A DNA stretch of 64,000 nt, taken from the NCBI GenBank assembly GCA_034432155.1, contig DAOUCP010000098.1:583-64582 (forward strand), given 5' to 3'. The stretch's first letter is position 1; every line of letters starts with the position of its first letter. The stretch is from Anaerolineae bacterium. GTDB lineage: Bacteria > Chloroflexota > Anaerolineae > Epilineales > Epilineaceae. The translations under genes and the position numbers were made by a program. Below are positions 9,401 through 18,333 of this stretch, one piece after another. The notes below the pieces were generated by a model, which was not told the origin of the DNA, ran no database searches, and saw only the letters and a list, made by a program, of their open reading frames with translations.

Positions 9401-11352
9401 AGCGCGTGGGTGTGTTCGTCTGTCACTGCGGCGTGAACATTGCCGGCACGGTGGACGTCCGGTGGTTGGCGGCGGAATTGGCAAAGCAGCCCGGTGTCGT
9501 CCATGCCGAAGACTACCTGTACATGTGCTCCGATCCCGGCCAGAACCGGATCATCGAGGCTATTCGGCAGAAAGGCCTGGATAGCATCGTGGTGGCTTGC
9601 TGTTCCCCCAATCTCCACGAAAGCACCTTTCGCCGGGCGGCGCAGGCGGCGGGACGGAACGCCTACGAGTGCGAGATTGCCAACATCCGTGAGCAGTGCA
9701 GCTGGGTGCACCGGGACAGGGCGCTTGCTACGGCCAAGGCTCTGCGGATCAGCCAGATTGCGATCGAGCGCGTGCGTGGCAATGAGCCACTGGAGCCGCT
9801 GAGCGTGAGCGTGACACGGCGTGCCCTGGTCGTCGGAGGCGGGATCGCCGGCATCCAGGCAGCGCTGGACCTGGCCAATGCAGGCTACGAAGTGGTGTTG
9901 GTGGAGCGCTCGCCCTCCATTGGTGGGCACATGGCGCAGCTATCGGAGACGTTTCCCACGTTGGACTGCTCGCAATGCATTCTGACACCCAAGATGGTGG
10001 AGGCCGCCAAGCACCCGAACATCCGGTTGATGACCTACAGCGAGGTGCAGTCGGTCTCGGGTTATGTCGGGAACTTCCGGGTGAAGATCCTTCGCAAGCC
10101 GACGTACGTCGATGCCGACAAGTGTACCCTCTGTGACGAGTGCACGAAGGTGTGTCCGATTGTCGTTCCGAACGAGTTCGACCATGGACTGACCGGGCGA
10201 CGCGCCATCTACATGGCGTTCCCCCAGGCGGTTCCGGCCACCTACGTGCTCGATGACAAGGCCTGTCCGGACCCCATCGTAACCATCGCTTGTGGCAAGT
10301 GCATCGAAGTCTGTGAGCCGAAAGCAATCAGCTTCGATGATCGGCCGCAAATCGTCGAGGAGGAGGTCGGCGCGATCATCGTTGCCACCGGTTACGACCT
10401 CTACGGCAAGCAGCACATGGCCGAGTACGGTTACGGTGCGTACCCCGATGTCCTGGATGGACTGCAATTCGAGCGCCTGTGCTCCGCTTCGGGGCCCACC
10501 ATGGGACGGATCCTCCGCCCTTCGGACCACCAAGAGCCCAAGGAGGTGGTCTTCATCCAGTGTTCGGGTGCGCGCTATCCCGAGCTGCACCGCCCCTACT
10601 GCTCGAAGATATGCTGCATGTACACTGCGAAACATGCGATGCTGTACAAGCATCATGTCCCGGATGGTCAAGCTTATGTTTTCTATATTGACATCCGATC
10701 GGGCGGGAAGGGCTACGAGGAGTTCGTGCAGCGAGCGGTCGAGGAGGATGGGGTGATCTACCTGCGCGGCAAGGTGGCGCGGGTCTTTGAAGAGGATGGC
10801 AAGCTGGTCGTGATGGGCGTGGATACGCTTTCTGGCCGAACGGTCGAGATTCGGGCCGACATGGTGGTGCTGGCACAAGCGATGGTGCCAGCGGAGGATG
10901 CAGCTGGACTTGCCAAGCGGCTCAAGATCGGACTGGACAAGGACGGCTTCATGGCGGAGGCTCATCCGAAGCTGCGTCCGCTGGAAAGCGTGACCAGCGG
11001 CGTATTCCTCGCTGGCGCCGGACAGGCGCCCAAGGACATTCCTGAGGCTGTGGCGCAAGCCAGCGGTGCCGCGAGCAAGGCGGTAGCCATCCTTGCCCAA
11101 GAGCGGCTGTGGCATGCGCCGACGGTGGCCCAAGTGAGAGAGGCGTTGTGCACCGCCTGTGGCATGTGTGTCGCAGTATGTCCGTACGACGCTATCTCGC
11201 TCGTGGGTGGGCGCGTGGAAGTGAACGAGATGCTTTGCGAGGGCTGCGGGACATGCGCCGCCACCTGTCTGCGGGCGGCGATCGAGGTCCGCAATGCCAC
11301 CGGACACCAGATCGAGAAGATGCTCTTCGCCTCCTTGGCTGGCCGGCTATGA
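9397..11352 (+). CDS. hdrA: Heterodisulfide reductase subunit A-like (FAD plus multiple 4Fe-4S clusters)
   Basis: 651-aa ORF with an N-terminal VFVCHCGVNIAG Cys cluster, a GGGIAG FAD dinucleotide-binding motif, and inserted and C-terminal ferredoxin motifs (CTLCDECTKVCP, CTACGMCVAVCP). Confidence 0.9.
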   Translation: MKRVGVFVCHCGVNIAGTVDVRWLAAELAKQPGVVHAEDYLYMCSDPGQNRIIEAIRQKGLDSIVVACCSPNLHESTFRRAAQAAGRNAYECEIANIREQCSWVHRDRALATAKALRISQIAIERVRGNEPLEPLSVSVTRRALVVGGGIAGIQAALDLANAGYEVVLVERSPSIGGHMAQLSETFPTLDCSQCILTPKMVEAAKHPNIRLMTYSEVQSVSGYVGNFRVKILRKPTYVDADKCTLCDECTKVCPIVVPNEFDHGLTGRRAIYMAFPQAVPATYVLDDKACPDPIVTIACGKCIEVCEPKAISFDDRPQIVEEEVGAIIVATGYDLYGKQHMAEYGYGAYPDVLDGLQFERLCSASGPTMGRILRPSDHQEPKEVVFIQCSGARYPELHRPYCSKICCMYTAKHAMLYKHHVPDGQAYVFYIDIRSGGKGYEEFVQRAVEEDGVIYLRGKVARVFEEDGKLVVMGVDTLSGRTVEIRADMVVLAQAMVPAEDAAGLAKRLKIGLDKDGFMAEAHPKLRPLESVTSGVFLAGAGQAPKDIPEAVAQASGAASKAVAILAQERLWHAPTVAQVREALCTACGMCVAVCPYDAISLVGGRVEVNEMLCEGCGTCAATCLRAAIEVRNATGHQIEKMLFASLAGRL

Positions 11353-11771
11353 GCGACGACTTCGAGCCGGTCATCGTCGCCTTCTTGTGCAAGTGGTGCT
11401 CCTCGGCGGGGAGCGATCTGGCGGGCGTATCCCGAATGCAGTATCCGCCGAATGTGATCCCCATTCAGGTCATGTGCTCGGGCAGCGTCTCGCCCCTGTA
11501 CGTGCTCGCCGCGTTCAAGCGGGGTGCGGACGGTGTGCTCGTGTCGGGCTGCCACCCGGGCGATTGTCACTACACGAGCGGGAACCTTCACGCGCGGCGG
11601 CGATTGGCCCTGACGAAGAGACTCCTCGAGTACGTTGGCTTGGAGCCCGAACGGTTCCAGGTCTCGTGGGTCTCGGCGGCCGAGGGCAAGAAGTTCACGG
11701 AGATCATCCAGGCCCTGACCGCCGAGCTGAAGCCGCTCGGACCGCAGACCAAGCTGAGGCGAACGCCATGA
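11349..11771 (+). CDS. mvhD: MvhD/FlxD-like [2Fe-2S] electron-transfer subunit
   Basis: Begins MSDDFEPVIVAFLCKWCS...GCHPGDCHY. Both junctions are ATGA overlaps: with hdrA upstream and with the next gene downstream. Confidence 0.85.
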   Translation: MSDDFEPVIVAFLCKWCSSAGSDLAGVSRMQYPPNVIPIQVMCSGSVSPLYVLAAFKRGADGVLVSGCHPGDCHYTSGNLHARRRLALTKRLLEYVGLEPERFQVSWVSAAEGKKFTEIIQALTAELKPLGPQTKLRRTP

Positions 11772-12970
11772 CTCACCCCTCGTTGCGGACGGATTCTGCT
11801 GGCCGGACGGATCCCTCTGCTGGGAGCGATTCGTCGGCCGTGGCCGAGTCGCCTGCTCTGGCTGGCCCGGCCACGGCGGCCGTGCCCGAGTCGTCTGCCC
11901 GGGCTGGGCTGCCCACCGCGGCCGATTCGTCGGCCGTGACCGGACCTGCGGCCGAGCTCATCGCCACCGTTGGGCAGCTCTTGTTGGATGCGACGGTGGC
12001 GTCTGTGCTGGCCTACGAGCGCGATGTGCGAACCGGTGGAGCGCGACCGGTCCGCATCCGGGATGTCGACGAGGCCAGACGCCTCGTCTGGGACCCCACC
12101 TGTGTCCACAACCTCGCCCGCTTTTTCCTTGCCGAGCGAAAGCGGCAGGCGACCGGCGGCGTGGCTGAGGGTCGGCCGACGGGGATCGTGGTGAAGGGTT
12201 GTGACAGCCGAGCGATCGCCGTGCTGCTGCAGGAACGGCTCATCCGACGCGAGGAGGTCTATCTGATCGGTGTCTCGTGCGGCCGTGGGGGTGTGGTGGA
12301 CGAGCGACGTCTGCACGCCCTGGTGGCGGGGCAGAGCCCGACGCGCGTGGCGTACGAGGAGGGGGATGCATTCCTCGTGCACACACCGGGCGGGGCGCTG
12401 CGGGTGCCTTTCTCGGAGCTCATGGCCGACCGCTGCCTCGATTGCCGCATGCCGTCGCCCCGACTCTACGATGTCCTGATCGGCGAGCCAGCAAGCCGTG
12501 CGGTGCAGAACCCATATCGCTCGCTGGAGGCCATCGAGTCGCTGTCGCCTTCCGAACGGTGGGCCTTTTGGCAACGCGAATTCGACCGCTGCCTGCGTTG
12601 TTACGCCTGTCGTTCGGTCTGCCCGATGTGTTACTGTGAGGAGTGCGTGGCTGACCCGACCCAGTACGCCGTCACGGCCCAGACGACGGCCGAGGAGAAG
12701 GCGCAGCGGGTGCGATGGGTCGAGAAGTCAACGGTGACTGCCGAGAATGCCTTCTACCACCTGGTGCGGGCCATCCACATGGCCGGGCGCTGCATCGACT
12801 GCCAGGAGTGTGAGCGCGTCTGTCCGGTGAACATCCCCTTGCGCCTCTTGTACAAGGCCATGGAGAAGGAAGCCGAGGCCTTGTTCGGTTATACCGCTGG
12901 CGCCGATCCCGATGCTCCGGCCCTCGTCGCCTCGTTCCGGATGGAGGATCCCAGTGACTTCATCCGCTGA
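11768..12970 (+). CDS. HydB/AsrA-like iron-sulfur subunit (FlxC-like)
   Basis: The C-terminal 2x CxxCxxCxxxCP motifs and the region from ELIATVGQLLL onward are collinear with the 53229-54110 paralog. The ATG at 11768 has a GAGG RBS. The first 56 aa form an S/A/P-rich low-complexity stretch containing DNA direct repeats. A GTG at 11936 is an alternative start. Confidence 0.7.
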   Translation: MTHPSLRTDSAGRTDPSAGSDSSAVAESPALAGPATAAVPESSARAGLPTAADSSAVTGPAAELIATVGQLLLDATVASVLAYERDVRTGGARPVRIRDVDEARRLVWDPTCVHNLARFFLAERKRQATGGVAEGRPTGIVVKGCDSRAIAVLLQERLIRREEVYLIGVSCGRGGVVDERRLHALVAGQSPTRVAYEEGDAFLVHTPGGALRVPFSELMADRCLDCRMPSPRLYDVLIGEPASRAVQNPYRSLEAIESLSPSERWAFWQREFDRCLRCYACRSVCPMCYCEECVADPTQYAVTAQTTAEEKAQRVRWVEKSTVTAENAFYHLVRAIHMAGRCIDCQECERVCPVNIPLRLLYKAMEKEAEALFGYTAGADPDAPALVASFRMEDPSDFIR

Positions 12971-12986
12971 ACCGAGGTGTCAGACG

Positions 12987-14015
12987 GTGCCCAAGGCGAG
13001 CCTTGGCGCGTGGCTGGCTCGTCTCGAGGGTTACCAGATCTACCTTCCGCAGTGCGAAGCGGGGGTCTGGAACTATGCTCTGTGGCGCGGTGCGTCCGAC
13101 GTCTGTCTCGACTACCCGATGACAGTGATCCCAGCCAAGGCGTTCGTGTTTCGGCAGAGCGAGCCCCTGCTGGCTTTCCGGCAAGGAGAGGATGGTGGCT
13201 ACGAGGTCGAGGAGACGACGCTCGAGGTGCAGCCCGCCGTCATCGTCGGGCTCCGCCCTTGCGAGGGGCGGGCCATGGTCCTCCTGGACGAGGTCATGGA
13301 GCGGCCACCGGCGGACGTATTCTACCGCCAACGGCGACGAGCAACGGCCCTCGTTGGTCTGGCGTGCAACGTGCCGCCATCGCCGGACTGCTTCTGCGAT
13401 TCGGTGGGCGGATCGCCCTACGGAGAATCTGGGCTCGACGTCCTTCTCACCGACCTTGGCGACCGCTACTTCGTCCAGGCGCTGACCGAGCAGGGCGAGG
13501 CACTGGTGGCCGCCGGGGAAGGTGAAATGGCACCCGTCGATCCGGCCGACCGATCGGCGGTCGAAGAACGCCACCGGGCTTCGCTGGCACAGATGCCGCG
13601 GCGTCTTGGCAGCCTCGAGGACATCCACCGCAAGCTGGCCGATGCCTTCGATGCGCCCCTGTGGCGTGAGGAGTCGATGAGCTGCATTGGCTGCGGCATC
13701 TGTACCTACCTATGTCCTACGTGCCACTGCTTCGACATCAACGACGAGGTCATGAGCATCACGCCGCTCCGTGGCCTCCGGATTCGCACCTGGGATACGT
13801 GCCAGTTTGCGGATTTCACGATGCATTCCTCGGGGCACAATCCGCGCCCGGATGCGGCGGCGCGCCTGAGGCAACGCGTGAGTCATAAGTTCCGCTACGG
13901 AGTCGAGGCCGGGCTAGGCATCCTGTGCGTCGGCTGCGGCCGCTGCATCTCGCAGTGTCCGATGGGCATCGACCTCGTCCGCATTCTCGAGGAGGTCAGG
14001 AATCGTCTCGGCTAA
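12987..14015 (+). CDS. HydB/AsrA-like iron-sulfur subunit (FlxB-like)
   Basis: Carries CIGCGICTYLCPTCHC and CVGCGRCISQCP motifs and is collinear with the 54165-55412 paralog. The ORF is open from 12912, overlapping the upstream gene. The start is set at the GTG at 12987 and is uncertain. Confidence 0.7.
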   Translation: MPKASLGAWLARLEGYQIYLPQCEAGVWNYALWRGASDVCLDYPMTVIPAKAFVFRQSEPLLAFRQGEDGGYEVEETTLEVQPAVIVGLRPCEGRAMVLLDEVMERPPADVFYRQRRRATALVGLACNVPPSPDCFCDSVGGSPYGESGLDVLLTDLGDRYFVQALTEQGEALVAAGEGEMAPVDPADRSAVEERHRASLAQMPRRLGSLEDIHRKLADAFDAPLWREESMSCIGCGICTYLCPTCHCFDINDEVMSITPLRGLRIRTWDTCQFADFTMHSSGHNPRPDAAARLRQRVSHKFRYGVEAGLGILCVGCGRCISQCPMGIDLVRILEEVRNRLG

Positions 14016-14061
14016 TCCGTACCTGCCCCGTCTCGGGCGGGTTCGCTCCATCCGACAAGAG

Positions 14062-14829
14062 GTGGGTGGGCTCCGCCCTATCAAGACGCTCCAGGTCGAG
14101 CTGCTCGACGGGGAGCCGTTCGTCTTTCGCTGCGGTCAGTGTGCCATGCTGTCGGTCTTCGGCCGCGGCGAGTCGATGATCTCCGTCTCATCCTCACCGC
14201 TTGTCACCGACCACTTGCAGTTCAGCGTCCTCAAGACGGGGCGCGTGACCACGGCCATCCATGATCTCGAGGTCGGCGATGTGCTCGGCATTCGGGGGCC
14301 CTACGGCAATGGCTTCCCCCTCGAGGACTGGCGAGGCCACAAGTTGGTCTTCGTGGCCGGTGGCATTGGCCTGGCGCCGATCTGGTCGGTCCTGCAGACG
14401 GCGCTGCTGCGTCGAGCAGAGTTCGGGGCATTGACGCTGTTCTACGGTGCCCGGAGCTCGGCCGACCTGATCTATCGCGACGAGCTGGAGGCGTTGCGCT
14501 CCGACATCGCACTGTTCCGGTCGATCGATCAGGCGGAGCCTGACTGGCCAGAGTTCGTGGGCTTTGTGGCCCAGAATGTGGCCGACAAGAAGCCTGCCGC
14601 GGATGGCGCTACGGCTGTGGTCTGTGGCCCGCCGGTGATGATCCGGACCGTCGTCCAGGCCCTATCCGGCCTTGGGTTTGCCGATGAGCAGGTCTATACC
14701 ACCCTGGAAAACAAGATGAAGTGCGGCATTGGCAAGTGCGGCCGTTGTGGCATCGGGCACCATCTCATCTGCCGCGATGGCCCGGTGTACTCCTGGGCGC
14801 AGCTACGGCGCCTGCCGCCAGAGTACTGA
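14062..14829 (+). CDS. FAD/NAD(P)H-binding oxidoreductase with a C-terminal [2Fe-2S] (HydG/AsrB/FlxA-like)
   Basis: Contains a ferredoxin-NADP reductase-like fold motif (GIRGPYGNGFPL, VAGGIGLAP) and a C-terminal CGIGKCGRC. Confidence 0.8.
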   Translation: MGGLRPIKTLQVELLDGEPFVFRCGQCAMLSVFGRGESMISVSSSPLVTDHLQFSVLKTGRVTTAIHDLEVGDVLGIRGPYGNGFPLEDWRGHKLVFVAGGIGLAPIWSVLQTALLRRAEFGALTLFYGARSSADLIYRDELEALRSDIALFRSIDQAEPDWPEFVGFVAQNVADKKPAADGATAVVCGPPVMIRTVVQALSGLGFADEQVYTTLENKMKCGIGKCGRCGIGHHLICRDGPVYSWAQLRRLPPEY

Positions 14830-14845
14830 CTTGGAGAGGCTCGCG

Positions 14846-15523
14846 ATGCCAGAGGCTGAGAAGGTGACCGTCTACATCATGGGTCGGCCCTACCGGGTCC
14901 CGGCGGACGCCACCATCATGGGGGCCATCGAGTACGCTGGCTACCAGATCAAGCGGGGTGCTGGCTGTCGAGAAGGCTTCTGCGGCGCCTGCGCCACCGT
15001 CTATCGCCTGCGGGGGGACTACAAGATCTACACCGGAATGGCGTGCATGACCTTGGTCAAGGAGGGCATGTGGCTGGCACAGCTCCCGGCCATTCCGGCC
15101 CAGAAGCCAAGCTACGACATCGAACAGCTCGCCCCCACCGTGGCGGCCTTCCAGCGCCTCTATCCAGAGATCTTCCGCTGCGTGGCCTGCAACACCTGCA
15201 CCAAGGCCTGTCCCCAGGGACTGCAGGTGATGGACTACATCCAGGCGGCCAAGCGTGGCGACATCGCTACCGTCATGGACCTATCCTTCGATTGCCTGGC
15301 CTGTGGTCTGTGCGCCATCCGCTGTCCGGCAGAGATCGTGCACTACCACGTCGCCATCCTGGCGCGGCGGCTGTACGGCCGCTACCTGGCCCCGCGCAGC
15401 GAGCACCTCGACCGGCGGATCGAGCAGGTGCGCTCGGGGTGTTACAACGGCCAGTACGCCGAGCTGATGGGCCTCTCCAAGGAAGAGCTGAACCAGCGAT
15501 ACTACGCGCGAGACATTGAGTAG
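14846..15523 (+). CDS. frdB: Succinate dehydrogenase/fumarate reductase iron-sulfur subunit-like
   Basis: The CREGFCGACA...GMAC [2Fe-2S] motif is diagnostic of SdhB/FrdB. It also has CVACNTCTKACP and CLACGLCAIRCP motifs. The ATG sits behind a GGAGAGG RBS. Confidence 0.75.
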   Translation: MPEAEKVTVYIMGRPYRVPADATIMGAIEYAGYQIKRGAGCREGFCGACATVYRLRGDYKIYTGMACMTLVKEGMWLAQLPAIPAQKPSYDIEQLAPTVAAFQRLYPEIFRCVACNTCTKACPQGLQVMDYIQAAKRGDIATVMDLSFDCLACGLCAIRCPAEIVHYHVAILARRLYGRYLAPRSEHLDRRIEQVRSGCYNGQYAELMGLSKEELNQRYYARDIE

Positions 15524-15600
15524 CCTTTTCCCCCGGCTGCAGGCTGGGGTACGTGGGGATGGTGGGCTGCCACTGTCCCGTCTAGGAGCAGGAGCAAAGG

Positions 15601-17268
15601 ATGTACCCGGAGTACATGCAGGCCTCGCTTCGCAAGGTCGAAGAGACACGCCCGCGCCGCTTGGCGCTGGAGCGATCGGGCAAGCCGGTCTTTCCGCCCA
15701 TGACGGCCAAGGAGCGTCAGGCGGTCTTGGACCGGTTCCACCCCGACTACCAGCCGGATGCGCGACGAGCCGTTCGCGTTGGGCCCAACCAGGGCGAGCT
15801 CTTGACCACGGAGGTGGCCGATCTGCTCGAGTCGCATAGTCGCATCACTCCCGACCTCTTCGATCTCCGTGTCCCCGACTACGAGACGGACATCCTGATC
15901 ATCGGCGGCGGAGGAGCCGGTTGCGCGGCGGCCATCGTCGCGCGCCAACACGGTGCCTCCTCGATCATCGCCACCAAGCTGCGGCTCGGCGATGCGAACT
16001 CCATGATGTCCCAGGGCGGGATGCAGGCGGCGGTTGCCGAGCATGACGCGCCGCCGATCCATTACCTGGACGCCATGGGGGGCGGACACTTCGACAACAA
16101 GCCAGAGCTGGTGCGCGCCTTGACCGAGGATGCGCCCGAGGTGGTTCGGTGGCTCGAGGAACTGGGGGTGGTGTGGGACAAGAACCCGGATGGCTCACTG
16201 TACGTGCTTCACGGCGGCGGGACGTCGCGCAAGCGCATGCTCTCCTGCCGCGACTACACGGGCGCCATCATCATGCGAACCCTCATGGACGAGGTCCGCA
16301 ACCATCCCGACACCATCGCGGTGCTGGAGTTCATGCCGGTGGTCGAGCTGCTGCTCGACGAGCAGGGGCGATGCGCCGGTGGCGTGTTGTACAACCTGGA
16401 AACCGAGGAATACTTCACCGTGAAGGCCCGGGCCGTGATTCTGGCCACCGGTGGCTACGGCCGGCTGCACATCCGGAGCTTTGACACCACGAACCACTAT
16501 GGCGCCACGGGGGACGGGCTGGTCTTGGCCTATCGCGCCGGAGCCAAGCTCCTGTACATGGACTCCGTCCAATACCATCCAACCGGCGCTGCCTTCCCCG
16601 AACAGATCGCCGGCTTCCTCATCACCGAGAAGATGCGAGCCGCCGGCGGTCATCCCGTCAATCGGCACGGTGAGCTGTTCGTCTGGCCGCGCGAGCCGCG
16701 CGACGTCGAGAGTGCCGCCTTCATCCGGGAGTGCGTCGAGCGATCAAACGGCATCGAGACGCCCAGCGGGCGCTGGGGGGTCTGGCTAGACTCCCCCATG
16801 ATTGAGACGATTCAGGGCGAGGGCTACATCAAGCGCAGCTTTCCGGCCATGTATCGCCAGTTCAGTCGCTACGGCATCGACATCACCCTCGAGCCCATGC
16901 TGGTGTACCCCTGCCTCCACTACCAGAACGGGGGCGTGGAGATCAACGAGCGCTGTGAGACGAGCGTCCCGGGTCTGTACGTAGCAGGCGAGGCTTCCGG
17001 CGGGGTGCACGGCCGCAACCGGCTGATGGGCAACTCGGTCCTCGACTATAACGTGTTTGGCCGGCGCGCTGGGCGCTTCGCCGCCGAGTATGCCCGGCAG
17101 GCGACGATCGGCCGACTGTCCTTGGACCACGTGCGCGCCCACGAGGACGGGTTGCGCCAGGCCGGCATCGAGACCGACCGCCTGGCGCCGGTGCTGCTGC
17201 CGTCCTACACACCGGAAGATGTGCGCAAGCGGCAGCTCACCGCCCGCTACGAGGGCACGTTGCGCTAG
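15601..17268 (+). CDS. frdA: Succinate dehydrogenase/fumarate reductase flavoprotein-like subunit
   Basis: Carries a DILIIGGGGAGCAAA FAD motif, an HYxxGG-type motif and RLMGNSVLD of the SdhA/FrdA/NadB family. There is a ~90-aa N-terminal extension. Paired with the frdB-like gene, and no sdhCD-type anchor genes are adjacent. Confidence 0.8.
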   Translation: MYPEYMQASLRKVEETRPRRLALERSGKPVFPPMTAKERQAVLDRFHPDYQPDARRAVRVGPNQGELLTTEVADLLESHSRITPDLFDLRVPDYETDILIIGGGGAGCAAAIVARQHGASSIIATKLRLGDANSMMSQGGMQAAVAEHDAPPIHYLDAMGGGHFDNKPELVRALTEDAPEVVRWLEELGVVWDKNPDGSLYVLHGGGTSRKRMLSCRDYTGAIIMRTLMDEVRNHPDTIAVLEFMPVVELLLDEQGRCAGGVLYNLETEEYFTVKARAVILATGGYGRLHIRSFDTTNHYGATGDGLVLAYRAGAKLLYMDSVQYHPTGAAFPEQIAGFLITEKMRAAGGHPVNRHGELFVWPREPRDVESAAFIRECVERSNGIETPSGRWGVWLDSPMIETIQGEGYIKRSFPAMYRQFSRYGIDITLEPMLVYPCLHYQNGGVEINERCETSVPGLYVAGEASGGVHGRNRLMGNSVLDYNVFGRRAGRFAAEYARQATIGRLSLDHVRAHEDGLRQAGIETDRLAPVLLPSYTPEDVRKRQLTARYEGTLR

Positions 17269-17394
17269 CCGCGGCGGTCGTTCGGCTCCCGACCGACGTT
17301 GCGGCGGCTGCGCGCTCTCCCCGCCTTCCCCTGCCCTCCGCGTCGCCGTATCATCGAGCATCGCCGCGCAGATGGCGCGGTTCGAGAGAGGGCC

Positions 17395-18291
17395 ATGCGA
17401 CCAGGGGGCAAGGTGATGCGCGAACGACTCCGCAAGCTTGAACCGACGGTCGACGTGCTTGCCACCGGCGGCGCCCTGGCCGTGGTAGCGGTGATCTTCG
17501 TGGAGTCGACGGCCACCGACACCCGCTGGCTGCAAGGCGCTGCCGCAGCCAACTGGATGATTTGGTGGCTCTTCGTCGCCGATGCCCTGATCAAGGCATT
17601 GGCCCACGGCTGCCGGTGGCTCCGCACGCGGATGGCTTGGTTCGATTTCTTCGTGATCGCCGTCAGCTACCCTGGCCTCGGAAGCTTGTTGGCCTTCGCC
17701 CGGCTGGCCCGACTTCTCCGGCTCGGAAGACTGTCTCGAACCGCCCGGCTTGCCCGGCTGTCGCGGCTGCTACGGGCGGTGCGCCTCCTGCGCCTCGGTG
17801 CGGTGGCCGCCCGGGGCCTGGTGGGTCTTCACCGCGTGCTCGATCCGCGGGCCTTTCCCTTCGTCACCCTCGTCGTGATTCTGGTCGTGGCCGCTGGCGG
17901 TGGGGCCCTGTATCTCGTCGAGTCCGGCCTAGAGCCGCTGCGCATCGAGGATGCCCTGTGGTGGGCCGTGACCACCGTCACCACCGTTGGTTACGGCGAT
18001 CTGGTGCCGCACACCGGCCTCGGTCGCTGCATTGCCGTCGCTGTCATGCTTATTGGCATCACCTTCACCAGCCTCTTGACGGCCAACATCGCTGCGTACT
18101 TGACGCGGCGCGGCGACGAACGGGCCCAGGATGACGTCCTGGCTCGCCTAGACGCTCTGACGGCCAAGGTGGATCAGCTGGGGGCGGAGCTGGCGCGGTT
18201 GCGGTCTGCTGCGCGCTGCGTCGATGCGCTGCGCGACAGGGCGCTCGCCGATGCGGGATCCGAATCCGCCGGTGAATCCGGGGCCGGCTGA
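17395..18291 (+). CDS. Voltage-gated potassium channel (Kv/KvAP-like)
   Basis: The S4 helix has Arg at every third position (RLARLLRLGRLSRTARLARLSRLLR). The TVGYGD selectivity filter is present. The start is ambiguous between the ATGs at 17395 and 17416. Confidence 0.85.
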   Translation: MRPGGKVMRERLRKLEPTVDVLATGGALAVVAVIFVESTATDTRWLQGAAAANWMIWWLFVADALIKALAHGCRWLRTRMAWFDFFVIAVSYPGLGSLLAFARLARLLRLGRLSRTARLARLSRLLRAVRLLRLGAVAARGLVGLHRVLDPRAFPFVTLVVILVVAAGGGALYLVESGLEPLRIEDALWWAVTTVTTVGYGDLVPHTGLGRCIAVAVMLIGITFTSLLTANIAAYLTRRGDERAQDDVLARLDALTAKVDQLGAELARLRSAARCVDALRDRALADAGSESAGESGAG

Positions 18292-18333
18292 TGGCGGATC
18301 CCACAATCCGCCGGTGAATCCGGGGCCGGCTGA
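18262..18333. repeat. Two copies of a 29-nt direct repeat (aatccgccggtgaatccggggccggctga) spaced 43 nt apart
   Basis: Read directly from the sequence. The first copy supplies the channel stop codon. Confidence 0.6.

Noticed and set aside
11294-11767. The upstream part of ORF 11294-12970 overlapping mvhD in another frame
   Set aside because: This is an open frame through GC-rich sequence. The region is already occupied by the well-conserved MvhD reading frame, and the true gene begins at or after 11768.
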